A stretch of 64,000 nt of DNA from a virus, in IMG/VR virus record IMGVR_UViG_3300020039_000031; one strand, 5' to 3'. Positions 27,597 to 38,060 of this stretch are shown one piece after another. The position numbers and the translations under genes were made by a program. The first letter of the stretch is position 1. Every line of letters starts with the position of its first letter. Under the pieces are notes generated by a model. The model worked only from the letters and a program-made list of their open reading frames with translations, ran no database searches and had not been told where the DNA came from.

Positions 27597-28202
27597 TTAA
27601 TGTTCGTGGAAAACCACCTGCTCGCCAAGTCCTAAGACCCAACATCCACAGTCTGTTATGGCACAGTCCGTACAATTTCCCGGACATTCCATCGCGTCGT
27701 CTCTCGCCGTAGTCGTCCCATCCTTGTATCGGACATGCGCTTCCGGCAAGAAAAATGGATTGACCATCTCAAGGCCAACCCAACCGCTGAAAACGATATG
27801 TAAATTGTCTGGCAAATACCCGTTTGTTTGACCGAGCCATCTGTTTACGATCTCGTACTTCTTTGTGAAGCACAGGATCTGACAGTGTTCATTCCTTTTG
27901 GCGATCTCTACCATGTGCTTGAAGTACTCTTCATCCGGTATGTCGCCGGATACATGGAAACGAAAGAAGCGGCTCATCATGATCGCCGCTTCGATTTCTC
28001 TCCAATATGTTTTTGGATCTTCCCGCAAAATCCTCAGATTGTTTTGATATGCGTTCAGAACAGAGGGGCGAAGCCGCTCCAGTTTATGCGCATAGCATTT
28101 CTTCTGACACGCACACTCCCTGCATGTTACGATGGATGGGAGTGACACACTCGGGATAGAACCCATTTTTGAATTTCCGTTACTGATCGATACTTGTCCC
28201 AT
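27597..28202 (-). CDS. phage Gp37/Gp68-family protein
   Basis: N-terminal CRECACQKKCYA resembles the GC..GC.NCYA signature. Confidence 0.4.
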   Translation of the reverse strand: MGQVSISNGNSKMGSIPSVSLPSIVTCRECACQKKCYAHKLERLRPSVLNAYQNNLRILREDPKTYWREIEAAIMMSRFFRFHVSGDIPDEEYFKHMVEIAKRNEHCQILCFTKKYEIVNRWLGQTNGYLPDNLHIVFSGWVGLEMVNPFFLPEAHVRYKDGTTTARDDAMECPGNCTDCAITDCGCWVLGLGEQVVFHEH

Positions 28203-28584
28203 TCTCGTCCTTCTGTTCTAAACTCACACTCGCATATTTTACAACGCGAACAGGGATTCCTTTCCCTTTTGCGATTTCTATCATATGTTTGGTACCTGCG
28301 GAGCGCTCGTCCCAAAACGCGACGAGCGCATCCGCGTGTTCCAGCATTGCTCGATTGCGGAGCATACCGGCAGATTTACCGTATTTACTCCATTCAGCCG
28401 GGAACGAGCCGACTTCGATGCCGCGCTCTTCCGCATATCTGCGTCCAAGGGCGTCTGCTCCCCTTGCCTCTCCGCAGAGGATCATCGTCGGCGTTTTTCT
28501 TGCGAAGAACTTATCACATTTTATACAAAGAAGATCATAATCATTGAAGCCGCGTGATCCGGCGATGATGACGTTAAATCTCAT
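28180..28584 (-). CDS. SLOG-family (DUF2493/YpsA-like) protein
   Basis: IIAGSRGFNDYDLL ... CGEARGADALG ... GMLRNRAML Rossmann-like LOG/SLOG pattern. Confidence 0.5.
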   Translation of the reverse strand: MRFNVIIAGSRGFNDYDLLCIKCDKFFARKTPTMILCGEARGADALGRRYAEERGIEVGSFPAEWSKYGKSAGMLRNRAMLEHADALVAFWDERSAGTKHMIEIAKGKGIPVRVVKYASVSLEQKDENGTSIDQ

Positions 28585-28689
28585 TTTACTCTCCTATTTT
28601 CAGTCGTTTCCGGGGAAAAGCTCCATCGTCTCATAGATCAGGAAAAGGATGCACATGATGAGCGAAAACAGAATGACTTCGGTGTACCG

Positions 28690-29391
28690 TTATATCTCCA
28701 CGATGTCCTGATAGAGGCATCTGTATTTCCCATCATCGAATATCGCATCCTGATGATGGTGCCCGAAAAACCACGACTTGAACGTAAGATTATGATCCTT
28801 CTCCAGCTCCCAGAAGAAATTTGTGAGCGCATCTGGCTGCGAGTGGTGCGTATACATTCGATGGAGGAGCTGTGTCCCGCAGCAATGTGTAATGACGTAA
28901 TCAACATTGAAACCGGCTCTCTCCAGATTCTCCATCGCCTCTGTGTACTCGGCGATGTTTGGCATTTCTTCCGGCCACCAGCTTACGCCAGGTTTACGCC
29001 ACAGTTTATCAACGGAGTCTGCGCCTCCCATTGTAAAGATGGTGCGTCCGTCGATATTGAAAACCTGACCGCGCATCAGATGGAAGATGGAATCGGACAC
29101 CCTATGTATTTTGCCGCCGTTCCATTCCTCGACCGGGAGTGTGGCGTAGTAATCATGACGGTCATGGTTTCCATCGACAAACAGCGTCGTGAAATTCCTG
29201 CTGTTGTAGACCTCAATACAGTATGCGCTTTCGCCTTCATCGACAGGCATACTCCAGATACCTCCCCAGTCGCCAGCAATGATCAGGTAATCGTCCTTCG
29301 TGAGTTTCTTCTGTTCAGGCCATCTAGCCGTATTGATTTTTCCCCAGTCGTAATCTCCATGCGTATCACCGGTCACAAAGATTCTGGACAT
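28690..29391 (-). CDS. calcineurin-like metallophosphoesterase
   Basis: GDTHGD, GDWGG, GNHD, ITHC motifs. Confidence 0.7.
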   Translation of the reverse strand: MSRIFVTGDTHGDYDWGKINTARWPEQKKLTKDDYLIIAGDWGGIWSMPVDEGESAYCIEVYNSRNFTTLFVDGNHDRHDYYATLPVEEWNGGKIHRVSDSIFHLMRGQVFNIDGRTIFTMGGADSVDKLWRKPGVSWWPEEMPNIAEYTEAMENLERAGFNVDYVITHCCGTQLLHRMYTHHSQPDALTNFFWELEKDHNLTFKSWFFGHHHQDAIFDDGKYRCLYQDIVEI

Positions 29392-29425
29392 AGCGTCCTC
29401 CCTATAGATATATTGGTCGACACCA

Positions 29426-29797
29426 TTACTGACATCGGCACCTCCGTTTGTAATCGACCATCTTCATTGGATCATATGGCGGAATCTCCGCCGCACAATG
29501 CTGTGTTTTACCGTTCTGCCAGTGTTCTTCCCATAGGTCGTCTGCACTTTCTCCATCACCCCACAGGTGGAACACCACATCGGGGAACTGTACGGAGAGA
29601 TCGTACATATCTTCACTGTAGTCGTACCACTTGGCTTCTGAGATATAAATGCTGTCATCGCTATCAACATCAAAGCCGCCGGCTGACCAGTACGGAAGAT
29701 CGGCAAAGGCATTGATGATTCTTTCGGAAATCTCTGCCTGTGTCGTGTCCGTTCCCTTGTATTCCCAAGTAAGCGCATATGTAGAATAATATCCCAT
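29426..29797 (-). CDS. hypothetical acidic protein
   Basis: 123-aa ORF. Confidence 0.35.
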   Translation of the reverse strand: MGYYSTYALTWEYKGTDTTQAEISERIINAFADLPYWSAGGFDVDSDDSIYISEAKWYDYSEDMYDLSVQFPDVVFHLWGDGESADDLWEEHWQNGKTQHCAAEIPPYDPMKMVDYKRRCRCQ

Positions 29798-30053
29798 TGT
29801 TTTACCTCATCACAAAAAAAACACGGCGTCGGCCGTGGTTCCATCATATTGTTTTCAGATGATATTTCTACTGCCCGGCTGTCACGGTGCGCCCAGATGG
29901 TGGACACGCTCAGAATTTCACTGGAATCACAGAATTTAAGGTCTCCGTGCCGACCTGCTTCCAACTGGTGGGAGCGTGGTGGTGAGCTAAGGGGCTTTTT
30001 GTTTATTTGTCCTCTCACCTTCCTGGGCGACTATTCTCCCCGCCGCCATGGGA

Positions 30054-30138
30054 TGGTGCCGGCAGAGAGACTCGAACTCTCAAGCCATGCGGCATCGGTA
30101 CTTGAGGCCGACGTGTTTGCCAATTTCACCATGCCGGC
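30054..30138 (-). tRNA. class II tRNA (long variable arm), anticodon probably CAA (Leu)
   Basis: 85 nt GCCGGCA...TGCCGGCACCA, encoded CCA, T-arm GAGTTCGAGTCTC, anticodon loop cTCAAgt; next to a tyrosine integrase. Confidence 0.55.
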
Positions 30139-30150
30139 GTCTTACTTGCG

Positions 30151-30705
30151 TTATCTGGACAGCTCATCTAGTCGTTTCATAATGCTGTCCACATCTTCTG
30201 TGTACCAATAAAGCTCCGGAACTCCACGCTCTTCCAATAACTTTACGATAAGTTCCTGTACAGGCTTTTCCTGCTGCTGGAACAGATTCCCCGATGGGAC
30301 TCTCCTTACAGGATGCAAATCTCCGAACCTCGTAATATTCGCCGCCTGCCCCAGGCAAGCATAGTAGATCATCGTCATAGGATATCCGTGGTTTCTATAG
30401 CGAGGCATCCTCGGGTTTTTCAGCATATCTTCGATATACTCATTATCCGGCGTGACCACGCTGCGCACATAATCGATCCATGAATCATCGTAGTAAGCAA
30501 GTTTGCAGGCGTCGAGAACCTTCTTGCTTGTGTCATTCACAGACGACCCGTATTTCGCCCACCACGTATCCAATGGAGCATAATACCGGTTTGTTACCGT
30601 CTGTGCGTGCTTAGCGCGAGCGTGATCAACACCATGCTTTGTGAGCATACCAACTCCGACCGCTTGCCAAGCAAGCGCTTTGAGAATTACACCGACATGA
30701 ATCAT
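30151..30705 (-). CDS. hypothetical protein
   Basis: 184-aa ORF between the tRNA and the integrase. Confidence 0.35.
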   Translation of the reverse strand: MIHVGVILKALAWQAVGVGMLTKHGVDHARAKHAQTVTNRYYAPLDTWWAKYGSSVNDTSKKVLDACKLAYYDDSWIDYVRSVVTPDNEYIEDMLKNPRMPRYRNHGYPMTMIYYACLGQAANITRFGDLHPVRRVPSGNLFQQQEKPVQELIVKLLEERGVPELYWYTEDVDSIMKRLDELSR

Positions 30706-30808
30706 TGAAATATCACCACCATATATGATTTATACTATTTATAATACCTTAAAAACTATTATCCTGACAAGTCGGATAAAAACAAAACCCTATATGACCG
30801 TCAAAACT

Positions 30809-31624
30809 TTATACGGCACACATTTCTTCTTCTTTGATATTGGAGTTTAAATAGTTGTATGTCTCACTTCCGAGATTGAGATTCCTGTACGCCTCCTCGA
30901 TCTCTTCGCCTGTGATCCCGATGTAATCCAAAGTAATTGCTACCGATGAATGGCCGAATATCTTGGACAGAAGCAGGAGCTTTCTCGGATCGTTGTTTGA
31001 CATCACCATCTGGTGATACGCGAATGTCTTGCGAAGCGTATGCGTTGACATATGGATGTTCAGGTTAAGATCTCTTGCGATCCCCTTCAATATGTCGTCG
31101 ATTGCGCTCCTGTGGAGCGGGACGTTCTTGTTGCCGCTATTCCTTGACTGACTGCGGAACATATAGTCACTCAGACATATGCCCGGTGTATGCTCAAGAT
31201 AAAGAGTGACCGCCTCGATTACCGCTGTATTGATCGTTATGTAGCGGTTCTTTTTCCTTGTTCTTGTATTTCTCGTCTTCTGTTCAAAAACCGGGAAGCT
31301 GTCCTTGAACGTCAGATTGTCGTTGATAAGATTTGTGAACCGCAAGAGCCGCAGATCGCTGACACGCAGCCCGAAGTTAATACCGACGATAAACAGCATG
31401 TTATCCCTGTACCGTCCCTTGGATATCAGATACTTCGATATTCGCATGATATCATCCATGCTTTTAATCGGTTCCGCCGCGTGCTCCGGTGCAATATCAG
31501 GAGTCACGACCTCTTTCGCTGGTTCGATCATACCGGCTTGCAGTTTTCTGTTGTTCTTCTGTAATGCGGAGACATCGATCGTTTGACGAGCTTTGAACTC
31601 CGACAGGTTGATTACGTCCGCCAT
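30809..31624 (-). CDS. int: tyrosine recombinase / phage integrase
   Basis: box I GLRVSDL, box II HTLRKTFA, LGHSSVAITLDY with catalytic Tyr. Confidence 0.8.
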   Translation of the reverse strand: MADVINLSEFKARQTIDVSALQKNNRKLQAGMIEPAKEVVTPDIAPEHAAEPIKSMDDIMRISKYLISKGRYRDNMLFIVGINFGLRVSDLRLLRFTNLINDNLTFKDSFPVFEQKTRNTRTRKKNRYITINTAVIEAVTLYLEHTPGICLSDYMFRSQSRNSGNKNVPLHRSAIDDILKGIARDLNLNIHMSTHTLRKTFAYHQMVMSNNDPRKLLLLSKIFGHSSVAITLDYIGITGEEIEEAYRNLNLGSETYNYLNSNIKEEEMCAV

Positions 31625-32399
31625 ACGTTAGCCTCCTATAGATGTCCATTGCATCTAGCATCAACTTCTGGCATGGAAATAGTTTTAGTCCAAGAACCTC
31701 TTCTACAAACCTTGGCTTTGTCGATTGCTTTACTCAGTGGAACAATCTTCATAAAATTTCACTTTCATTACAGTTTCCAAGACGATTCAATGAACCGCTC
31801 CGTAAAGATGCTTTCTGGCGGATCGAGAGGATTTGCTTTGAAGGCTGCTAGCGCCCTGCTCAATCTCACCATATACAAATCGTCATCCATCATACGCGCT
31901 CCTGTATAACACGTTTCGAGATAATCCACTATCTTTTGTTCCTGCTCTGTCAGTCTTGATGACCCGAAAATAATGTGTGGCTCGTACTCTGGACATCCAT
32001 GTATAACATTGCGCCAGTCTTTGCACCCGGACTGCTTTAGGCAATTTCTACAATACTCGTGTTCATCCATCATAAAAATCCCTTTTCATATATCACCAAC
32101 CAGACCATGCACTATCGTCTGTTGGATCGATATAATGATTTGAACTCATTTTTACACTATTACAGCACTTGCATTTAACTACATATCCACAACCATCATG
32201 ATCTTTCTCGACATAACAATGTTTAAGATCAAGCGGCTGTCTACACCAATAACCAGCTTGTGTCTTTGAATGACCGCACGGGTCTTTTGGCTTTGCGCCA
32301 ACCGTCTTATATAACGCCCATTGGATTTTAGCAAGCGCGTAATCGTTAACTCGGATTTCCCATATCAAGAATTTCATATGTTGTTATCAAAATCCACTT

Positions 32400-32849
32400 T
32401 CATTTTCGTTCTTTTAAAATGACATGAACGTCAAACTCGTGAATATCTCTCCCGTAAAGATATAAATGCATTCCTGTCGAACCATCATTGAAGATATACT
32501 TACCGATCCAGGATCGACGAGATAAATGACCTGCCTTACGGAATTCATTCACATTGCGTTTGGCAAGCGCATCTACCTCGCGCTGTGTCTCGCACCAGCA
32601 GCCATCATCGAAATAATCTTGCCATACACATGTTGATATTCGCTTGTCCCATGTTACCGGTGCAAATTCACTCCATGAAGAATCCATATCATAGAAGTCG
32701 AATACCAGACAGTCTGTATAGTAATGTCTGAATAGCCAGGAAATAAATCGCTTCGTCAGTTTGACCTCGTGAACATCTATGTCTCTTTTAGTTTGCCCGT
32801 CTATGAATTCTTGGCGTATATCAACGCGGGTATTCTTGTTCATATACAT
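32400..32849 (-). CDS. hypothetical protein
   Basis: 149-aa ORF in a run of small co-directional genes. Confidence 0.35.
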   Translation of the reverse strand: MYMNKNTRVDIRQEFIDGQTKRDIDVHEVKLTKRFISWLFRHYYTDCLVFDFYDMDSSWSEFAPVTWDKRISTCVWQDYFDDGCWCETQREVDALAKRNVNEFRKAGHLSRRSWIGKYIFNDGSTGMHLYLYGRDIHEFDVHVILKERK

Positions 32850-32861
32850 AAAAATCTTCTT

Positions 32862-33362
32862 TCATTTAACGTATTCGGCCTTCAATGGGAGCAACACCGT
32901 CGTTCGTTGTTGCATCCACGGTTTGTCTTCCGGCGCGATTTCTTTCCCGTATTCATTCAAAGAAACGAAATTCCCAACCGTAAATCTGACATGATCGCCA
33001 GTCTTCGGAGCGTCCAGCAGGTTGTACCATGTTTTAAGGCAGCAAACCTTCGCAACGCACCTTGTGTACAGCTCATCTACGAATAGAAGAGTACCATCAT
33101 GTTTGCAAGATTCAGAGGTAAAGAATTGGAAGTCTGCCGATGGATCAAATACTAAGTCGAGACGAGCCGAAAACCGCTCCCCTCTGTCGTCCGTCCCCGT
33201 CACGGTTAGCTCGCGCTCGCCTTCAAGTTGCAGATCAAAAATTGGTTCCGCTTCATACTCTGTTGCTTTACTCCAATCCCTGTCGGCGTAAGATGAACGA
33301 GTTTTGTCGGAAGCAACGACGCAACAATATTCTAATGACTTGCTCATCAAAACCTCTTTCAT
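32862..33362 (-). CDS. hypothetical protein
   Basis: 166-aa ORF. Confidence 0.35.
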   Translation of the reverse strand: MKEVLMSKSLEYCCVVASDKTRSSYADRDWSKATEYEAEPIFDLQLEGERELTVTGTDDRGERFSARLDLVFDPSADFQFFTSESCKHDGTLLFVDELYTRCVAKVCCLKTWYNLLDAPKTGDHVRFTVGNFVSLNEYGKEIAPEDKPWMQQRTTVLLPLKAEYVK

Positions 33363-35038
33363 TCGTACAAATATTTCCCACGTTCTCGAACAGGAGCCAT
33401 GTTTCGGTTTTTAATATCTTCAAACACCTTTGAGTTGTATGGCATCGAATACGCAAAGCCCGATGAAAAATATACGTAGCATGTCGTATGCTCGTCGAAT
33501 GTAATGATGACGTATGTGTTTGCCCTTGTTATAGCTTGACCACCTAACCCGCCAAACCCAAGCGCGGTACTTGACCAAACCTGCTCAAAGGTATGAACTT
33601 CAATATCATCCAGTAAAGCCCCTCGTTCTGTGAGGTCTTTTTCGATAGCGTGAAGCTCGTTAACTATTTGCTCAAACCGATTGTTCATAAAAAGCCTCTT
33701 TCATTTCATTTCAATAGGTTCGACTTCCATATAGTAGTCACCATAGAACCAGCTTGTCCACGGACTCTCATGTTTAGCTCTTGCCGAGGCAATCTCGCCA
33801 TTAAACTCCCCAACTGCATCTCCTAAAAACATATTGTTTTCAAGCTGGTACACAAGGGCTTCCCTTTTAGCCTGGAGATTTGAAAGATTTGCATCGTGAT
33901 TGATCCGCTCATCAACGATACAGATGCCAGACACAAAGATGGCAATAATGGCAAGCACACAAAGAGTTACTGCAATTAAACTTGTGGTATCCCAACCATG
34001 TTCCGACGCTGACTTAGCAATAAGTCCGCTACCAACAGCCACGCTAATGAATATCAATGTTAGAATCATTTAATACCTCTCTCCCGCCAGTTGTTACAGC
34101 CGTTCTGCTCGTTCTTGAATCTCCCATACGGCGGTTCGATGGGGCACTTGCATTCTCCTAGCCCGCAGGACAACCAAGGACGCTGATATCTTGCACCATC
34201 AGAAGTAACACCGCCATTCGGCACGAAATATTTACAGTGCCCACATAGCTTAATAGCCATAAAAATATCCTTTCATTCCTCTCTGCGCTGACCGAAAGCA
34301 CAGTAAAACCCATCGCCAGTGTGCCGTTCGAGTTCGATGCAATACGTCTTACCCTTTGGTCTAAACCAGCACTCGTCGCACCGCACGACATGGACGGCAT
34401 CGATGGTGGGAGCGTTAAGCAGCTGCCTAATAACAATGTTCATCCCATTTGTTCTTTCCCATATTCTGATACCATCTTCTGTATCACATTTTTCCTCGGA
34501 AGTGGGGAGCGCATCCGCATCAATTAGCCTCATAAAAATCGCCTTTCATCATAATCCAGATCAGAAGTCGCCACGGATTGCTTTACGGACTTCATCCTGC
34601 CAGTATCTGATGGTCCTCACAACAGCCGCACACTCCTTAGCTTCGTCGTCTCGGCCTTCTTTTTCTAGCCATTCTGAACGACTGGCCAGCAACTCAATCT
34701 GCACCTCCATGCACTGATCGATCATATGTAACCCGCGAGATTGCTTTTCAAGTAACTTACGTCTTTTGAATAAGGTCATAAAAGCCGCCTTTCATCCGCA
34801 CGCATCCATTACCCAAGCAATAAATACGAAGAACCTGACAACCGGTAGATTACTGATAATAACCGTGAGGATAAGCGCCCACCCCTTTTCTCGGTTATCA
34901 TCAGACGTGATTTTCTCTGGAAGATCGCTCCAAAAATCATCTTTATGCACATTTGCAAATGCGACCAATACAAGATACCAGAAAGAGATACCAATGTGTG
35001 AATGACATACCAATGGTTGGTCAATATTTCTTCTTTTA

Positions 35039-35737
35039 TCATTTTCCCTTTCCCCGGAAAGAAACCTTGGCGTCAAAACCGTGGTTTTCGATCTTTTCTT
35101 TATCCGTAAGCCCAACTGAGGCAATGCGCTCTTGTGACTGCCTCTCCAATGAGAAATACTCCTCGAACGAGAGATAGATATCCAATGGATCAATGCAATT
35201 CCCGATCCCGCACGCCTTCAATAGCGGCAGATGCTTCTCCGTTCTCACATTGGTGCCGTGGAATATCGTATGATGATCGATACTTTTGATGACCTTGAAG
35301 TCGTTTTGGTCGATTGCACGAGTAAGAACATCAACCTTTTTCAGAATGGTTGCCCTGTCGTATCGCCAGAAGGATGTGCTGATTTGCCCGCTCACCGCGA
35401 AACCGAAAGAAATTACATCCAGTTTGTTCAGACGACGCTGTTTAGAGTAGTTCTTCCATGTCGTCAGCAACTCAACCTTATAGTTCGTCGGTATACCGTA
35501 ATCATTCTTATCTGTAATCTCGAACAGGAACAGCCAGAAGGTGTTGCATACTTGCAACAAGACAAACCTATATCGATCACGATCGTCCGAACGCCAACGT
35601 GTTAGTACGCTGAAATACTCGCACATCAAATCCTTCGTAAGAACGAAAGAGTCGGTGCGATCAAACGTCGTTGAGTTGTCACGGTATATATTTTGCAAAT
35701 AATCATAGAAGTCCGTGTTCTTATCAATGATCCTCAT
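35039..35737 (-). CDS. hypothetical protein
   Basis: 232-aa ORF. Confidence 0.4.
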   Translation of the reverse strand: MRIIDKNTDFYDYLQNIYRDNSTTFDRTDSFVLTKDLMCEYFSVLTRWRSDDRDRYRFVLLQVCNTFWLFLFEITDKNDYGIPTNYKVELLTTWKNYSKQRRLNKLDVISFGFAVSGQISTSFWRYDRATILKKVDVLTRAIDQNDFKVIKSIDHHTIFHGTNVRTEKHLPLLKACGIGNCIDPLDIYLSFEEYFSLERQSQERIASVGLTDKEKIENHGFDAKVSFRGKGK

Positions 35738-35754
35738 CTGATGGTCCTCATCTC

Positions 35755-35961
35755 TTAGATACTCCTGTTCTCGAACAGAATTTTCTCCGCTTTTTTGAGC
35801 TCACACGTTGGGCAGACCCAGCGTCCCTCCGGGACGGGTTCACCACAGCATACACAGAAAGAGTCATTGTGATAACTCACCTTCTCGCCGATTGACAGAC
35901 CAGAATCCCGCCATTTGATGGATTTGGCGTCGTCGGCCTTACTTCCCTTTGGAGCTCTCAT
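35755..35961 (-). CDS. small zinc-ribbon protein
   Basis: CVCCGEPVPEGRWVCPTCE, same module as the N-terminus of 36179..36835. Confidence 0.4.
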   Translation of the reverse strand: MRAPKGSKADDAKSIKWRDSGLSIGEKVSYHNDSFCVCCGEPVPEGRWVCPTCELKKAEKILFENRSI

Positions 35962-36178
35962 GCGAAATATGTATCAAGAGTTTTCTTGAGATTACGGAGC
36001 GCGTCTACTTCGTCATGCCCTATGGCAATGTGGCGACTCGTACCAACACGCGCTTCAATACCGATCGCGTGCTCGCCGGTGATCTTATGCATCAGATCGC
36101 GTTTCCCAACGAAATCCACGCCGCGTTCGTGGAGATACCGGCGCATCTCCTTTGCCTTTTTCATGCGATGTTTCCGCA

Positions 36179-36835
36179 TCATATCACCTCAATCTGACAG
36201 GATTTCATTACGAGCAGCGCTGCGTTGTGCGCCTCCTCCGATGTTCCCGCACAACACTTTGAGTCAACCACAATATCGTTTTCCTTGAAAGCGGAACGAA
36301 GATATAGTGCGTTGGAAACCACGCAGATGTCGGTGCAAAACCCGACCACTTCGATCACAGCATCATGGAAAAGATCGTAGTACAGCTTCCAGTGTATGTA
36401 TGCGAAGGCAGGTTTTCTGATATGCGGCTCATCAGATATAAGCGCCTCAATTCTATCATCTATTTCCCACCCGCGTGTTCCGTGCATACAGTGTTCAATA
36501 GGGAACAACTTACCCTCGTGCGTATCTGAGTAGTTTTCCCAATGCGTGTCCTGCGTGGCAACGATAGGCCAGCCATTCCTTTTATACTCCTTTATCTTTC
36601 GGACGATATTGGGAACGGCAGCTCGCGCATTTTCTGATCCGAGACGACCTGTGATAAAATCGTTCTGCGCATCGACAACTACCAGCACACGGTATGGCTT
36701 CTTCTGCGCTTTCTCTTTGCGTTCTGCGCTGAAAAACTCATTCGGATCATATCTTGCTGTTTTCTCTTCACAGGATCGGCACACCTGCCGCCCCTCCGGT
36801 ACATATGTACCGCAGCATACACATACGTCCTGCAT
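36179..36835 (-). CDS. isochorismatase-family hydrolase, nicotinamidase (PncA)-like, with N-terminal zinc ribbon
   Basis: VLVVVDAQNDF (Asp), ATQDTH, GFCTDICVVSNA (catalytic Cys); N-terminal CVCCGTYVPEGRQVCRSCE. Confidence 0.6.
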   Translation of the reverse strand: MQDVCVCCGTYVPEGRQVCRSCEEKTARYDPNEFFSAERKEKAQKKPYRVLVVVDAQNDFITGRLGSENARAAVPNIVRKIKEYKRNGWPIVATQDTHWENYSDTHEGKLFPIEHCMHGTRGWEIDDRIEALISDEPHIRKPAFAYIHWKLYYDLFHDAVIEVVGFCTDICVVSNALYLRSAFKENDIVVDSKCCAGTSEEAHNAALLVMKSCQIEVI

Positions 36836-36836
36836 A

Positions 36837-37232
36837 TCAGTCGATCAGCGCAACGGTGTCATACGGAATCCACATCTTCGGATTGAAGTACAGCGTGTAA
36901 TGATACTTCCCGACGAAATTCGATGACACATCTTCTACGACATATGTAACATTGTCGCTCAGACCGACAAAATGCTTCTGATATGACCCGTCGTCGTTCT
37001 CGACAATGATCTCAAGCTGGTTATCCGCTGTATCCGCCTTGATCGACATTTTCCCTGTCATCTGGAAGAGCGTGTCTCCCTGGATGCAGTTGATAACCGT
37101 GAGCTGGCGCACAACATTGAAGTTATCCGCCTGCTGAGACAGATTGTAAGAAACCTTATTCGCTTCTGTCTCGCATCCGCAGAGCGCGAACGCGATCACA
37201 GCGCACAACAGAATTGAGATAATCTTTTTCAT
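36837..37232 (-). CDS. lipoprotein
   Basis: signal peptide MKKIISILLCAVIAFALCGC with lipobox. Confidence 0.5.
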   Translation of the reverse strand: MKKIISILLCAVIAFALCGCETEANKVSYNLSQQADNFNVVRQLTVINCIQGDTLFQMTGKMSIKADTADNQLEIIVENDDGSYQKHFVGLSDNVTYVVEDVSSNFVGKYHYTLYFNPKMWIPYDTVALID

Positions 37233-38060
37233 CTAAGTATTTCCCTTCTTTAACGATGTATTCGGGCCGGGATTTCCACCCGACATACCAGCCGCTTAAA
37301 TGGCCGCTCTGTTACATAGCGTCTACTGACAGGGTCAACTTCGTGTAACGTCGCCCTCCCTGCCGCCTCCGGTTTATCATGCTTACGCATATTCGCTCCG
37401 GTCAGCTCTATTCCGCCACCGAATACTATATTAAGCAGTCAGCCGCTTGTTCTCACGGCGGACCTTGCGTTTCGCGGCTTTCTTGTCAGCACGGAGCTGG
37501 TTGAGCCGCGCATGATCACACCAATAGTGCCTCGCAAACCTGTCGATGTGATAGCTTTTCTTATATGCGTTATTTTTCATCAAGATATTCTGTCATTGAA
37601 GCTCTTTGGCATCAATATATTGTGTTATTTTGACGATGAAACACTCGTTTTATACACTTCCGATGATTTGAAACAGCTCGTCCGTAAAACTATCGTCGAT
37701 CTGGTTCTCTTCATCGCATCCGAAGAAATCATCGAATTCTACACGTTCAAAACGCTCATGCGGATTCGCCATTCCGACAACACTTTTGTGTGGTATATCA
37801 TAATGCACAAACGGGTAGCTCATATTAGTTTGGTCGGGAAACTCTAATGTCGTCTGAGCAGAACGACTAAGATCAAGGCCGCATTCTCGTGCCCACAAAA
37901 AAAACGAAACTTTTTCGTTTTCGCTATTACAGTGAACAACAAGTCTGCCTTTAATAAATTCTCTATACTGTTCCTCGGAAGCTATCATTACTTTCCTCCG
38001 TATGGGCGGTCTAAAGCCGCCCGATCGATTCTTTTCTTTTCGTAGCGACTCGTTTCAAAA

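Noticed and set aside
34792-35193. 133-aa ORF MIHWISISRSRSIS...
   Set aside because: Overlaps the better-supported 35039..35737 gene by ~150 nt and is low-complexity; if real, it is shorter than annotated.
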